Shown: positions 8,824-20,115, numbered from the stretch's first letter. The stretch: DNA of 64,000 bases from a bacterium (GCA_963693055.1 OY843751.1:640001-704000), one strand, 5' to 3'. Notes: generated by a model not told the origin, from the sequence alone. Made by a program: numbers and translations.

Positions 8824-11655
8824 TTAATCGTGTTTTTTTCTTGCCAACAAAGATTGTATGGTTTGATATAATTTGTTTGATGTATAAGGCTTTTGGAGAA
8901 ATACCGAGTCAGTTTGTTGGATAAATTTATAATACTCATCATTACAGTGATAACCGCTCGATATAATGATTGGCAGATCTGGTTTTATTTTTAGCATTTC
9001 TTTGGCACAATCAATCCCTTCCATGTCGGGTAGTGAAATATCAAGAATTGCCAGATGGAGAATTGCTTTATGCTGTTTCAGTAATTCAATTCCCTGATTC
9101 GCGGTTTCACCGCTATAAGTGTCGAAACCGAAATGTTTAAGTGTAATACTGTTTACTTCAATAATTCCGGGATCATCGTCAATTAACAAAATCTTTTGTC
9201 GGGTTACCAGTTCGTTTTCTTTCCCGTCTTTGTTTCTTTCAATTACAGGGAAATAAAGCGATACTATTGTGCCCTGATTGTCCAGAGTCTTGATAGTGAT
9301 AAAGCCATTATGGTTTTTCATTATACCGTAAACCGATGCCAACCCCATACCTTTGCCAAAATCTTTAGGATTTGTGGAAACAAACGGTTCAAACAACTGA
9401 TCGCGGATAGAAAGTGGAATACCACGTCCGGTATCAATAATCTCTAGTACAATAAATACTCTGCCAAATGAGCTGGGTATGTTTAAATCCTGATTAGATT
9501 GAACATGGTGTTGCCTGGTATGTATAATGATCTTGCCGCCATTTGAATAAGATTTTGCGGCATTCTGTAATAGCGTTTTTAATATATGTTTTAATTGTTT
9601 GTTATTGACCTGTATCTTGCCAATGTTATCACGCAAATTCAACTCTATGGTCATGTTCTCGGGGACCATGTTGTTAAGCGTTTTATCCCATGATTTTATT
9701 TTTTTGTTCAGATCAATTTGATCCATGTAGGGCTTTTCAAGATTGCTGAAATAATAAAGTTCTTGTTTCAATACAGAAGTCTTTTTTGCCAGCTTTTTTA
9801 TATTCACAATATTGGATCGTGTTTCATCATTTATATCTTTATCTAAAAGAATGGATGAGGTATTGTGATACAATTCACTCGATATAAAATCAAAGTTTTT
9901 CGCTATAGACGTAAAATAGTGCTGCAGCAGTTCAAGCTTTTCTGTTTTGTTGATGGTGTTTTTAGACAATTTTTCTGCTTTTTCAGGAGCTTTGGAAAGG
10001 TCCAATTGCAGTAGTGTTTTTTCTGGTGTTAACAGTTTTTTAACATGTAATTGAATGATCTGACCATCAAGAATATCCTGTGTGCACTGGGCAATAATTG
10101 TTTGCGTTGTGCTCTTTGAGATATTTCTGCTTTGGTTCAATAATTTATCAATATCCTCAGTCAAGACCAAAGACAGGTTTTTATTTAAGAGTTCATCTTT
10201 TTCTGCTTTCAAAAATTGGCAGGCATTGTCGGTAATATACAGGATTTTTCCATTCAATGAAGTTACAATTGCCGTTTGATTGGAAAGAAGCTGACGAGAG
10301 ATATCGTTTGTTTCAAATTCAGTTGTATTTTCTTGATCTGCAATGTTTAAAAGAGTGACCAGTAAATAAGGATTGTTGTTAATAAAGCTTTTTCGAATTG
10401 CAAGCTGCATTGAGATTTTAGAGCCGGTTGGTAATACAAAGGTAAATAAATGATCCGGATTCTTTTTATCAAGTTTTTTTGATTTAATTTCTTTCCAAAC
10501 AGATTGCGAGTTTTCATCCAAAAGGGTTTTAAAATCCTGCCCTATCATTTCCGCATTGGTTTGATCAAATATGTTTTCAATTTCACGGTTCCAAATACAT
10601 ATTTTATCCTGTTCATCAAGCACAATTACCGGGTATGGCATTGCTTTAACAAATTCTGAATAGGGGGGCTCTAGTTCGGTATGTGAATTAGTTAGGGGTG
10701 CAGACAAGCTGCTGCCATTTTCAGGTTCTTGAACAATATCTGCAAAATTTATTTTATGCTTTGGCTGTTCATCCTTGCTGATTTTGTTGAAATGAAAATG
10801 ATATTCATATCCTAAAACAGAATCGTTCAGCAACTGGGGAATGACCCTGATTTTTGTATCTGAGAATGTATAACCATTTACCTTTAATGTGGAAAACAGC
10901 CATTCCTGTTTCTTGTTTTTGATTTTAAACAAGGCGTTTTTGTCATTAGAGATAGAATCAAGATGTGATATCAGGTTTTGGCCGATCAGGGTGGAAGAGT
11001 TTATGTAACCCAGTTTTTTTAAAACAGATGGTGTAGCATCAATGACAATATGTTCTGCAGTAGTAAAAATGAGATAGTTGTCAGAATCAACATCCGTTTC
11101 ATCTTTAGGTTCAACAGGCATTTCAGGGGGAAGGAATTCCGTGGTTTCTTCTTTGGTATTTTGAAACAGTTTATAACGCTGCCAACCGGATTCTGTAAAG
11201 TGAGCAAGATCTTTTTTTATGTTATCAATCGGTTCTATTAGTTCGGTGACCGGAAGGTTATTAAAGGTAATATCTGGTTCAGGGTTTTTTGATTCTATTG
11301 AAGCAAGTTGGTCAGGGTACGCATTCAGGATCCCTACAATCATCAAAGGGTGATTGTCGCAATCGATATTAAAATAGACACAATCAATATTTCCATTTTC
11401 TATTTCCAGATAGACCGTTTTCCCATCGGATAATAATGAACGGGTATGTAATTGTGCGAGGGGAATGGATAACGACTCGTTCAAACGTGTATGCAGGTCA
11501 GGATTACAATTGGGAGCAAAAGCAATAGCCTCCGGTTTGTATTCTGCATTATAAATACCAACAGTTAGCTGGTATTTTTTTGCAAAAGAATTCAGTAATT
11601 CTACAAGAATTTCCTGATCAATAATCTGGTTCAACTTGACAATTGTATCAATCAA
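8824..11655 (-). CDS. Cytoplasmic hybrid sensor kinase-like protein (PocR-like N-terminus, PAS domains, degenerate HisKA, HATPase, receiver)
   Basis: DTGRGI, LFEPFVST and GKGMGLASVYG ATPase boxes; receiver LLIDDD..LDISLP..KPY; H-box reads SIAKNFDF with no His. Confidence 0.85.
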   Translation of the reverse strand: MIDTIVKLNQIIDQEILVELLNSFAKKYQLTVGIYNAEYKPEAIAFAPNCNPDLHTRLNESLSIPLAQLHTRSLLSDGKTVYLEIENGNIDCVYFNIDCDNHPLMIVGILNAYPDQLASIESKNPEPDITFNNLPVTELIEPIDNIKKDLAHFTESGWQRYKLFQNTKEETTEFLPPEMPVEPKDETDVDSDNYLIFTTAEHIVIDATPSVLKKLGYINSSTLIGQNLISHLDSISNDKNALFKIKNKKQEWLFSTLKVNGYTFSDTKIRVIPQLLNDSVLGYEYHFHFNKISKDEQPKHKINFADIVQEPENGSSLSAPLTNSHTELEPPYSEFVKAMPYPVIVLDEQDKICIWNREIENIFDQTNAEMIGQDFKTLLDENSQSVWKEIKSKKLDKKNPDHLFTFVLPTGSKISMQLAIRKSFINNNPYLLVTLLNIADQENTTEFETNDISRQLLSNQTAIVTSLNGKILYITDNACQFLKAEKDELLNKNLSLVLTEDIDKLLNQSRNISKSTTQTIIAQCTQDILDGQIIQLHVKKLLTPEKTLLQLDLSKAPEKAEKLSKNTINKTEKLELLQHYFTSIAKNFDFISSELYHNTSSILLDKDINDETRSNIVNIKKLAKKTSVLKQELYYFSNLEKPYMDQIDLNKKIKSWDKTLNNMVPENMTIELNLRDNIGKIQVNNKQLKHILKTLLQNAAKSYSNGGKIIIHTRQHHVQSNQDLNIPSSFGRVFIVLEIIDTGRGIPLSIRDQLFEPFVSTNPKDFGKGMGLASVYGIMKNHNGFITIKTLDNQGTIVSLYFPVIERNKDGKENELVTRQKILLIDDDPGIIEVNSITLKHFGFDTYSGETANQGIELLKQHKAILHLAILDISLPDMEGIDCAKEMLKIKPDLPIIISSGYHCNDEYYKFIQQTDSVFLQKPYTSNKLYQTIQSLLARKKHD

Positions 11656-11873
11656 ATTTCGCTATCCCGATGTATTAAACCTGCTTCAATACTATTAATC
11701 AAAGTCTTGGTTGCAAAATTTATACCGGTAGTCAATAATATATTGGATGGAGAAGTGTTTATAGGTTGTGTGAAAACAATGCATTGTGGTTGATGAAAGA
11801 AAAAATATTTTTGTCCCATTCAACCACAATATATTTATCAGGAACTTTTACCCTGTTTAGGAAAAATTGCCCA

Positions 11874-13277
11874 CTATTCGATTATAAAGTCTATTACTTT
11901 ATCAATGGATTGCTGACATACAGGGCAAAAATCAATAACTCTTTTGGAAAACATTCTACAGTCGGTTGTTGGCCGGTAAATGCCAGTAGATGAATATCCT
12001 GCACCTTCAAAACAACCAATTTTATTTTTCCATTTTGATTCATCCATTACTTGACGCATTTTCACTTCTGTAGCTATATACTCGGGTGTATCTCTAACAT
12101 ATGAGCGTAATATGGTTCCGAGTGAATCGTAGGTGCTTTTTTCCCAAGGCGTTGGAATTTGTATTCCTGGGGTGAGCATGGATTCCCATTTCGGATGTTC
12201 AGGATCCAAAAGACAGGTTATATTGGGTTCCCAGGGATCTACACCCGGCGGATAAAATTCATCATAAGATGTATTCGATGTATAGTATTCGTCTGCTAAA
12301 CCGCCAAAGGCATGACCAAATTCGTGTACAAAAACATAATCTGACCACCACTCCACTTTGTCCGGTTGTTGACCGGTAAAGCTGGTAGACATCCAGTTAT
12401 AAATACCACCACCGCCATACCGGTTTGAATTTACAAGAATGTAAATCTGGTCATAAGGTACCATGCCGGCAATATCGCGTAGTGTTTTGTTATCGGTAGT
12501 TAAAACATATCGGGGGGAATCAAGCGAGTTAAAATGTGTATTCAATACAGTGTTTCGCCAAATATCTTTACGGGGCTCGTCAATACCAGAGTCCCGAGAT
12601 TCTACATCAATGGTCCATATGTTAAAATCTTTTCTTCGGCTGTCAAAGGGTTTTGTGGTAAACAAGTCTTTGGTATACCGTTCAACATCTTGGTGAAATT
12701 TGTATATTTCATCATGCGTGTAACCATCGCCCAGTATGACAATATCTACCTTGTTTGCTGAAGGACCGTTGTTGATAAATTTATTGATCTTGTAGGGAAA
12801 TTGTTTTTTTTCACGATTTACAAAACGAGAGTTTGGGTCAATTGTTGTGCTGAATTTTTCTTCGAATATGTTCCTGCTGTTTCGAACGGAGATAGTGATT
12901 TGTACCGGTTTCTTGGGAAACGGGCACCGAACACTTTCATGCATAGTTGCATGGATACCATTTTTTGCATCCAATGTGGTTTGATATTCTCCGAATATTG
13001 TACTGTAACCATAAGAGTAGATTAATTGATTGGTAGCAAGATCATATACTTTGAACAGGTATTTGCCATAATTAAGTGTGTCAATAAGATTTACTCTGCT
13101 TCCTGGCCATTCACCAGCCATAAACATTTCATCGAGACTAAAGTATTCATTTTGAAATGTGCCGGTGTGAAAATAATCAACGCGAAGCGTTTTGTTGATA
13201 AAGTATTGATCAAAGTCCGGTTGAGCACTCGATAAACAGGCACTCATAAGAATGATTAGAAAAACGGGTCTAAGCAT
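11874..13277 (-). CDS. Secreted M64-family metallopeptidase
   Basis: Signal peptide, KTLRVDYFHTG, DIVILGDGYT, YGGGGIYN, HEFGHAFGGLADEY and C-terminal CRM..FCPVC. Confidence 0.9.
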   Translation of the reverse strand: MLRPVFLIILMSACLSSAQPDFDQYFINKTLRVDYFHTGTFQNEYFSLDEMFMAGEWPGSRVNLIDTLNYGKYLFKVYDLATNQLIYSYGYSTIFGEYQTTLDAKNGIHATMHESVRCPFPKKPVQITISVRNSRNIFEEKFSTTIDPNSRFVNREKKQFPYKINKFINNGPSANKVDIVILGDGYTHDEIYKFHQDVERYTKDLFTTKPFDSRRKDFNIWTIDVESRDSGIDEPRKDIWRNTVLNTHFNSLDSPRYVLTTDNKTLRDIAGMVPYDQIYILVNSNRYGGGGIYNWMSTSFTGQQPDKVEWWSDYVFVHEFGHAFGGLADEYYTSNTSYDEFYPPGVDPWEPNITCLLDPEHPKWESMLTPGIQIPTPWEKSTYDSLGTILRSYVRDTPEYIATEVKMRQVMDESKWKNKIGCFEGAGYSSTGIYRPTTDCRMFSKRVIDFCPVCQQSIDKVIDFIIE

Positions 13278-13374
13278 ATAATACCTTTTCTAAAATTTTA
13301 TTATTTTTATATGTTAAATATAGTTAATCGTTACAAAAAGACAATAAAAATTTAAGAAAATTACATGTCTAGAG

Positions 13375-15492
13375 TTAAATGCTTACAGTGATAGATTCTT
13401 TTAAAACAGTCCTCACTTTTCTTGCAAGATCATGGACCGTAAATGGCTTTTGCAAAAAGAAACAGTTTTTATTGATATTGGGGGTAAGGTTTTGGTTCGA
13501 GTATCCCGATATGTAAAGGACTTGAAGAGAAGGATTGATCAACTTTGCTTTTAAAGCCAGTTCATTTCCGTTAATAGAGGGCATTATATAATCTGTAATT
13601 AATAACTCTGGTTGTATAGTGCCATGCTCCAGTTCTTCAAGTGCTTTAAGCCCATCTGAGAATCCGTAAACGCGGTACCCAAAAGATTTCAAGACTTCTA
13701 TGGTAAAATCAAGTACATTGGTATCATCTTCTACCATCATAATGGTTTCTTTGCCATAATATTGTGATAATGGTTTCTCTTTGCCCAAATTTTCATTTTC
13801 AGTTTTTGTAGCAATGGGCCACAATATATGAAAAGATGTGCCCTGGCCTATTTCACTATATACATGAATATTGCCATTGTTTTGGTGGATAATGCTATAT
13901 ACCAGTGCCAGCCCCAAGCCGGTTCCGCTTTCTTTTGTTGTATAGAATGGTTCAAAAATATTTTTTAACGTACCTTTATCCATTCCAATACCATTATCGG
14001 TAATGGACAATTGTGCATATGTTCCTGCTGCCAGTCCTATATGTTTTTGAATATATTCATCATTCAATTTTCTCAAGCTGGTTTCAATTGTGATCTGCTT
14101 TTTGTGGTCTGTTTTCTTAACCATATTTACAGCATCTCTGGCATTAACTACAAGATTCAAAACAATCTGTTCAATATTGCCCAGATCTGCTTTGATGTTG
14201 GGTATTTTGTTGTCAAGTTTGGTAATTATTTCTATATCTTCATCAATGAGTCTGCGGGTCATTTTATTCAGGTCTATAATGTTTTTATTGAGGTCAATTA
14301 TTTTTGAACTGGATGTTTGTTTTTTACTAAAAGATAAAAGTTGTCGGGTGATAAAGATTGCTTTTTCTCCTGCATGAAAGATGGCTTTCAAGTCATTGGA
14401 AACAGGGTGGTTGTCATCAAGTTTTTCAAAGGCTATCTCGCAGTGTCCGTTGATAATGGTAAGCAGGTTATTAAAATCATGTGCTACACCACCCGCAAGT
14501 GTACCAATGGATTCCATCTTTTGTGCTTGAAAAAGCTGCTCTTTTAATTTTTTTAACCGAGTTGTATCTTTCATAGAACCAATGATTTTCAAAGGTTTAT
14601 TGTTTTCATCGTATACAAGTTTGGCAGCTACAGTTAAATAATAGTTGTTTTCATTCAAAGTTAAATTCAATGACTGGTTGTTGATGTATCCGATTTTTTT
14701 AATAGTATCAATAAATTCATAGTATGTGCTTTTATCGTGAAAGAATTGTTGAAAATATGTGTTAATAAATGTTTCTTTGTTTTCATGAGTACCCAGTAAC
14801 TCGTTGGGACTGATATCCAGAATTTTGCCATCCATGGTGATTTCGAAATAAATATCCTGAATATTTTCAATAATATTTAAATATTTTTCTTCATTGCTTT
14901 TAGCAAGTTCCAGTTGATGAAGCAGAGTGTTGGTGAGTATTCGGGTTACTATGGCCTGAATGATATAAATTAAGGATACGATAAAAAAACACCAATAGGT
15001 TGTATAATAACTAAAGGGAGTATGAACAATACCGATTATATTAGCATGAACAACCAGAAAAATAGATAATATGGTTGCAGTTATAATGGTAATATACATT
15101 GTTGTACTCAGTAACAAACTCGCTACCAGTATGATTGAGGGATATAAAATTAATGCATAATCATAAATTCCTTGTCCATATGCTAATAGGTATACGGTTG
15201 TAAAAAAGGTTAATATTGTCGATAAAAGAATTGAAGCCAGGTTTGTTTTTCCCATCTTGTTTATATATAAAAGCATTGCAGAAATAACTGTTTGAGACAA
15301 GATAATTAAATATAAGTATCCCCAGTTTGCAAGAAAGGCAATCAGGGATGTCAAAATCCCCATCAGTAGAGTAAATGTTAGGATGATAGATAGGAAATTA
15401 GATTTAAGCTTTTCTTCGTGGCTCAAAAAGCTTTTGGGAGCTAAAAAAGAGTATAGTGTTTTCATCATCGCTCGCATGTGGGTTGAAAGCAT
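13375..15492 (-). CDS. Membrane-bound hybrid histidine kinase (multi-TM, PAS, HisKA, HATPase, receiver)
   Basis: QKMESIGTLAGGVAHDFNNLL, NLVVNARDA, DNGIGM, FEPFYTTK and GTGLGL; receiver VEDD..TDYIMP..KPF. Confidence 0.92.
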   Translation of the reverse strand: MLSTHMRAMMKTLYSFLAPKSFLSHEEKLKSNFLSIILTFTLLMGILTSLIAFLANWGYLYLIILSQTVISAMLLYINKMGKTNLASILLSTILTFFTTVYLLAYGQGIYDYALILYPSIILVASLLLSTTMYITIITATILSIFLVVHANIIGIVHTPFSYYTTYWCFFIVSLIYIIQAIVTRILTNTLLHQLELAKSNEEKYLNIIENIQDIYFEITMDGKILDISPNELLGTHENKETFINTYFQQFFHDKSTYYEFIDTIKKIGYINNQSLNLTLNENNYYLTVAAKLVYDENNKPLKIIGSMKDTTRLKKLKEQLFQAQKMESIGTLAGGVAHDFNNLLTIINGHCEIAFEKLDDNHPVSNDLKAIFHAGEKAIFITRQLLSFSKKQTSSSKIIDLNKNIIDLNKMTRRLIDEDIEIITKLDNKIPNIKADLGNIEQIVLNLVVNARDAVNMVKKTDHKKQITIETSLRKLNDEYIQKHIGLAAGTYAQLSITDNGIGMDKGTLKNIFEPFYTTKESGTGLGLALVYSIIHQNNGNIHVYSEIGQGTSFHILWPIATKTENENLGKEKPLSQYYGKETIMMVEDDTNVLDFTIEVLKSFGYRVYGFSDGLKALEELEHGTIQPELLITDYIMPSINGNELALKAKLINPSLQVLYISGYSNQNLTPNINKNCFFLQKPFTVHDLARKVRTVLKESITVSI

Positions 15493-15602
15493 AATCGGGT
15501 ATTACTCTTATTCGTAAAAAGATTAGTATAATATTTGTTTTATTGAAAAATCTAATGAAAAACTTAACAAATATTATGCCATTTTCGCAAATATATAAAT
15601 TT

Positions 15603-17666
15603 TTATCGATTAATTGTTTTTCTGACGAATTCGGCCAATTCGGTCACTGTGAAGGGTTTTTGTAAGAAAAAGAACTGATTTTCTTGTTCCATTGATGATG
15701 TAACAAGTTCTTTGGTAAAACCCGAAGTTAATATTACAGGGATATGAGGATGTAAGGTATGTAGTTTGGAAATAAATTCTTTGCCGTCAATTTCGGGCAT
15801 AACCAGGTCTGTTATAACCAAGTTTACTTTGCCATTGTGGGTTTGGATAAACTCTAATGCTTTGTAACCATTGCTAAAGCCAAATACCCGGTAGCCAACG
15901 CTTTTTAATACTTCAATAGTGAAATTTAAAAATTCAATATCATCTTCAACCAGCACAATGGTTTCAGAGCCATGCTGCAAAACTGTTTGTTCCGGGTGCT
16001 CAATGGTCTGTTTTTCATAATCCACGGGCCAGTAAATGTGAATTGTTGTGCCATGGCCTGGCTCACTGTAAATATTGATAATACCGTTATTCTGCTGAAT
16101 AATACCATAAACAGTAGATAATCCTAATCCATTATGGTTGGATTTAAGACTGAAAAAAGGTTCAAAAATATTGTTTTGTACATCTCTATCCATACCAATT
16201 CCATTGTCTGAAACAGAGAGTAAAATATAATCACCTGCCTGGATATTTTTACTGGATCGGCCTTGAATAAAGGTTGTATCTAATTCTTTCATACCGGTTT
16301 GTATGAATATGGTTTTTGAATCCGTTTGTTGTTTTGTTTGCAGGGCTTCGTTCGAATTTTTGACCAGATTTACAATGATTTGCTCAATTTGTCCGGGATC
16401 TGCATTGATTAATGGCAGATCTGTAGAAAGATCAATCTCCAGGTTAATATTTTTGTCAATAATTGTGTTCAAGATGCTCTGCATTTCCAGAACACATTGA
16501 TTCAGGTTCATGCTTGATGGTTTAAATGCCTGGTTTTTACTAAAGGTGAGCAATTGTCTTGTTAATACAGAGGCTTTTTCGCCAACAACCTGGATTTTTT
16601 TTATATTTTCAAGCGCTTGTGGATCATTATACCTGCCTGTAGCAAGCAATCCGCATTTGTCATTTATTATGTTTAACAGCTTTTCAAATTCATTGGCAAT
16701 ACTACCAGACATTGAGCTGATAGATTCAAGCTTTTGCATTTGCATCAACTGTTGTTCCATCTTTTTTTTGTCTGTGATATTTCGAATACTGCCAACTATT
16801 TTGGGCCCCTGTTTGTCTTTGGAATCAAGAACTCTTGCACTGATTATTATATTCAGGTGCGCACCATTTTTATCCAAGAGGACTTGTTCATAATTTCGGA
16901 CTCTGCCTGCATGTCTTGTTGAATTGATAAATTCTTTAGCATTGGAAGGTTCTAAAAAATAATTGTTAATATGGGTATGCAACACTTCTTGAACAGTATA
17001 TTGTGTATTGATATCAATGGATGGGCTTATCTCTATTATTTCTCCTTCAAAATTTAATTCAAAATAAACATCCTGAATGTTTTCAAATATATAGCGATAT
17101 TTTTCTTCACTGGTTTTTAATTTTTTAATTGTTAATACCAGAGAACTAAACAAATAACGGGTAAATAAAGCAATGACTATTAATACTATGGTTAACAAAA
17201 TAAAGCTTAGAATTACAGCACCCTTGTTAATGATGATATTAATACTGCCAGTTAATTGTAAATATGCTACAAATAAAAGTGATAAAATAGTTATAGCAGT
17301 GTATAGAAAGTAATATCTAAAATCCATGATTTGACTGGCAATCAGAATAATAACGGGAAAAACAATGATGCCCGGATCATTCAAGCCATCACCAGAATAT
17401 ATAGATATTGTGAGAGTTGTTAACAGGTAAATAACAAAAAGATGAGCGGATAATTTTTCGTGTTTATAATATAATAGAACCAGTAAAAATATTATAATTA
17501 TCAAGGTAACAGATGCACTTTTTAATGTGTTGTGCCAGTTGGAGAATATTGCAAATATACCAATTAAAATGGTCCCGGCCAGGGTCAATAGTAAAATATA
17601 GTGTAATAAAGAAAATTCATGATTGTTGTTTTTGCGTTGCAGAAAGGGGATTTTGGGTAATAACAT
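15603..17666 (-). CDS. Membrane-bound hybrid pseudo-histidine kinase, tandem paralog of the adjacent kinase
   Basis: Same architecture and shared ENIQDxYFE PAS start; H-box SGSIANEFEKLL has Asn for His; ATPase and receiver motifs retained. Confidence 0.88.
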   Translation of the reverse strand: MLLPKIPFLQRKNNNHEFSLLHYILLLTLAGTILIGIFAIFSNWHNTLKSASVTLIIIIFLLVLLYYKHEKLSAHLFVIYLLTTLTISIYSGDGLNDPGIIVFPVIILIASQIMDFRYYFLYTAITILSLLFVAYLQLTGSINIIINKGAVILSFILLTIVLIVIALFTRYLFSSLVLTIKKLKTSEEKYRYIFENIQDVYFELNFEGEIIEISPSIDINTQYTVQEVLHTHINNYFLEPSNAKEFINSTRHAGRVRNYEQVLLDKNGAHLNIIISARVLDSKDKQGPKIVGSIRNITDKKKMEQQLMQMQKLESISSMSGSIANEFEKLLNIINDKCGLLATGRYNDPQALENIKKIQVVGEKASVLTRQLLTFSKNQAFKPSSMNLNQCVLEMQSILNTIIDKNINLEIDLSTDLPLINADPGQIEQIIVNLVKNSNEALQTKQQTDSKTIFIQTGMKELDTTFIQGRSSKNIQAGDYILLSVSDNGIGMDRDVQNNIFEPFFSLKSNHNGLGLSTVYGIIQQNNGIINIYSEPGHGTTIHIYWPVDYEKQTIEHPEQTVLQHGSETIVLVEDDIEFLNFTIEVLKSVGYRVFGFSNGYKALEFIQTHNGKVNLVITDLVMPEIDGKEFISKLHTLHPHIPVILTSGFTKELVTSSMEQENQFFFLQKPFTVTELAEFVRKTINR

Positions 17667-17736
17667 GCCTGCACCTATATTTTTTTTAATATGTAAACAA
17701 GAATGAAAAAGTGCAAGTATTTTTTCTGATATGAAT

Positions 17737-17772
17737 AAAAAAACGCCCGGTTAAAATAAAGTACCGGGCGTT
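17737..17772 (-). terminator. Rho-independent terminator after ahpC
   Basis: AACGCCCGGT(17742-51)/ACCGGGCGTT(17763-72) stem followed by a U-tract on the minus strand. Confidence 0.75.
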
Positions 17773-17777
17773 AAAGT

Positions 17778-18383
17778 TTATAGCGCGTCTACATTTGATT
17801 CCAAATATTCAGCAACTCCATTTGAGGAGGGTTTCATGGCTTCGTGGCCTTTTTCCCAGCCGGCGGGACAAACCTCACCGTATTCTTCGGTGTATTGTAA
17901 CGCGTCAATGACACGCAGCATTTCATCAATATTTCTACCAATGGGTAAATTATTTACAACCTGATGCTGTACAACACCATCTTTGTCAATCAGGAAGGAC
18001 GCACGCAGTGCAACACCGTCCGGGTGTTCAATTCCATATTCCTGAGTGATGGTGTGTTTAACATCCGCAACCATGGGGAAACCAACATTGCCAATGCCAC
18101 CCTGGTTGGTGGGTGTGTTTTTCCATGCAAAATGTGAATATTGGGAATCGATTGAAACACCAATAATTTCTACATTACGCGCTTTGAATTCATAAAGTCG
18201 TTTATTGTGTGCAATAATTTCAGTAGGACAAACAAATGTAAAATCCAGTGGCCAGAAAAAGAGCACTACATATTTGCCACGATAATCTGATAACTGAAAA
18301 TCATCATTAATTGATCCATTGGGCATTACAGCCGGTGCTTTAAAATCGGGTGCTTGTTTAGCTACCAATACACTCATATCCAT
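17778..18383 (-). CDS. ahpC: Typical 2-Cys peroxiredoxin
   Basis: FWPLDFTFVCPTE, GRNIDEMLR and GEVCPAGW. Confidence 0.93.
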   Translation of the reverse strand: MDMSVLVAKQAPDFKAPAVMPNGSINDDFQLSDYRGKYVVLFFWPLDFTFVCPTEIIAHNKRLYEFKARNVEIIGVSIDSQYSHFAWKNTPTNQGGIGNVGFPMVADVKHTITQEYGIEHPDGVALRASFLIDKDGVVQHQVVNNLPIGRNIDEMLRVIDALQYTEEYGEVCPAGWEKGHEAMKPSSNGVAEYLESNVDAL

Positions 18384-18546
18384 ATCCTTTCTATATTAAG
18401 GTCATTCTGTTTTTAAACAGTGTATTTTGAAATTGTTTTTGGATTGTCATTGAAGGTGGGAGACCTTGCAATGAGAAATATTAACAGAAGGAATTGGCTA
18501 ATTATTTCAGTCCAGATGCAAAAAAATGATTTTTTAAGAGGTTATT

Positions 18547-20115
18547 TTATTTTCTAAAATCAGAATCGTTTACCCAGCCCCAGTTCAGATTTTCACCTTT
18601 CATATAGCGTTCGTAAAAATGAGCACCGGATTTATCTGCATATTCATATTGATCAAAAATATATCCATTGCCTAAAATTCGTGGGTCCTGTTGCTGTTCC
18701 AGCTCTGTGACCAATTGATTTTCGAGCTTTTTCAAAATATTCTGATATTCTGGTACATCCGCAAGGTTATTCATACAATCCGGATCTGTCTTGCGGTTGT
18801 ATAATTCTTTTTCCGGTCGTTTGCCAAAATTCCATTGCCAGAATTTTGCTGTAGCAGGATTTTCTTTCGCATCCAGATTGACCGTTTTGGTTGGGCTGCC
18901 ATCGCAATTGAGATACCCGGTTTCGGGATTGCCCGCAGGCCAGCGCTCCGGATTGAAATTTTTAATCAACAGGTATTCCTTTGTTATGATACCGCGGATT
19001 GGATATCCCTGGTCATTTGGACGGCCAACATCGTGGCGTTCTTTACCAATCAGCACATGGTCTCTCTCTTGAATGATATTATGGTCTTTAACAGAGTAGA
19101 AAATATCCGTCAAACTTTTACCCTGTATGGGTTGCATGCCTGCATTTTCTGCGTCTAGCCGTGCAAGCTCGAGGAATGTTGGCGCAAAATCGATAAAGCT
19201 GACAAAATCATCAACCGTTCTACCCGTATTTTTAATTCCACTGGGCCACATTACAGCCAATGGCAAGTGGTTGGAATATTCGTATTCCTGGCCTTTTATT
19301 CGTGGAAACGGCATACCATTGTCTGCCGTCACTACAACCAGAGTGTTTTCAAGCTCGCCTTTTTCTTTGAGCAGATTAATCATCTTTTGCAGGTGCTGGT
19401 CAAAATATTCTATTTCAAAAGCATAATCGAGCATGTCGGTTCGAACGGTTTCATTATCAGGCCAAAAAGGGAAAACCCGGTCAATTTGAGATGGTTTTTT
19501 ACCACCTTTGGCAATTCCCGCTCCATATTCGTATCGTCTGTGTGGTTCGGTGCTGCCATACCAAAAGCAAAAGGGTGTATCTTTGGGTTTGTCATCAATA
19601 AAGGATTTGAAATTCTCTGCATAATCGTTACTGTTGATAAACTTTGCGGGGGGTGTTGTTTTATGTTCGTTGTAAGGTTTGCCTGTTAACTGGCGTTTTA
19701 CTCCATTAATTTCGCCGGCAACTCCGGGCGCCCAACCTTTTGCGGTATAGCCCACATGATATCCGTTTTCGGATAATGCTTCAACATAGGTTTTAAATTT
19801 TTGGGGGAAATAACACCAGTGGTTTGCGGCTTCTTCAAGCTGCCATGAATTACGACCGGTCAGGATGCAGGAACGCGAAGGCGCGCATTTTGCGTTGGGT
19901 GTAAACGCCTGAGTGAAAAGGATTCCATTTTGGGCAACATAATCAAACGCAGGGGTATTGATCCAGCTGCATCCATATGCGCCCATATGAGGATAAGACG
20001 CATCATCAGCAATACAGAATAAAATATTTGTTTTTTTTGTTCTATTGTAACAACTTTTTAATGTTGTAGAAATCAGTACCAATGATGAAAATTTTAAAAA
20101 ATGTCTTCTTTTCAT
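18547..20115 (-). CDS. Cys-type sulfatase (S1), Tat-exported lipoprotein, N-sulfatase-like
   Basis: [12 protein letters not shown] signal, [20 protein letters not shown] and [12 protein letters not shown]. Confidence 0.9.
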   Translation of the reverse strand: MKRRHFLKFSSLVLISTTLKSCYNRTKKTNILFCIADDASYPHMGAYGCSWINTPAFDYVAQNGILFTQAFTPNAKCAPSRSCILTGRNSWQLEEAANHWCYFPQKFKTYVEALSENGYHVGYTAKGWAPGVAGEINGVKRQLTGKPYNEHKTTPPAKFINSNDYAENFKSFIDDKPKDTPFCFWYGSTEPHRRYEYGAGIAKGGKKPSQIDRVFPFWPDNETVRTDMLDYAFEIEYFDQHLQKMINLLKEKGELENTLVVVTADNGMPFPRIKGQEYEYSNHLPLAVMWPSGIKNTGRTVDDFVSFIDFAPTFLELARLDAENAGMQPIQGKSLTDIFYSVKDHNIIQERDHVLIGKERHDVGRPNDQGYPIRGIITKEYLLIKNFNPERWPAGNPETGYLNCDGSPTKTVNLDAKENPATAKFWQWNFGKRPEKELYNRKTDPDCMNNLADVPEYQNILKKLENQLVTELEQQQDPRILGNGYIFDQYEYADKSGAHFYERYMKGENLNWGWVNDSDFRK

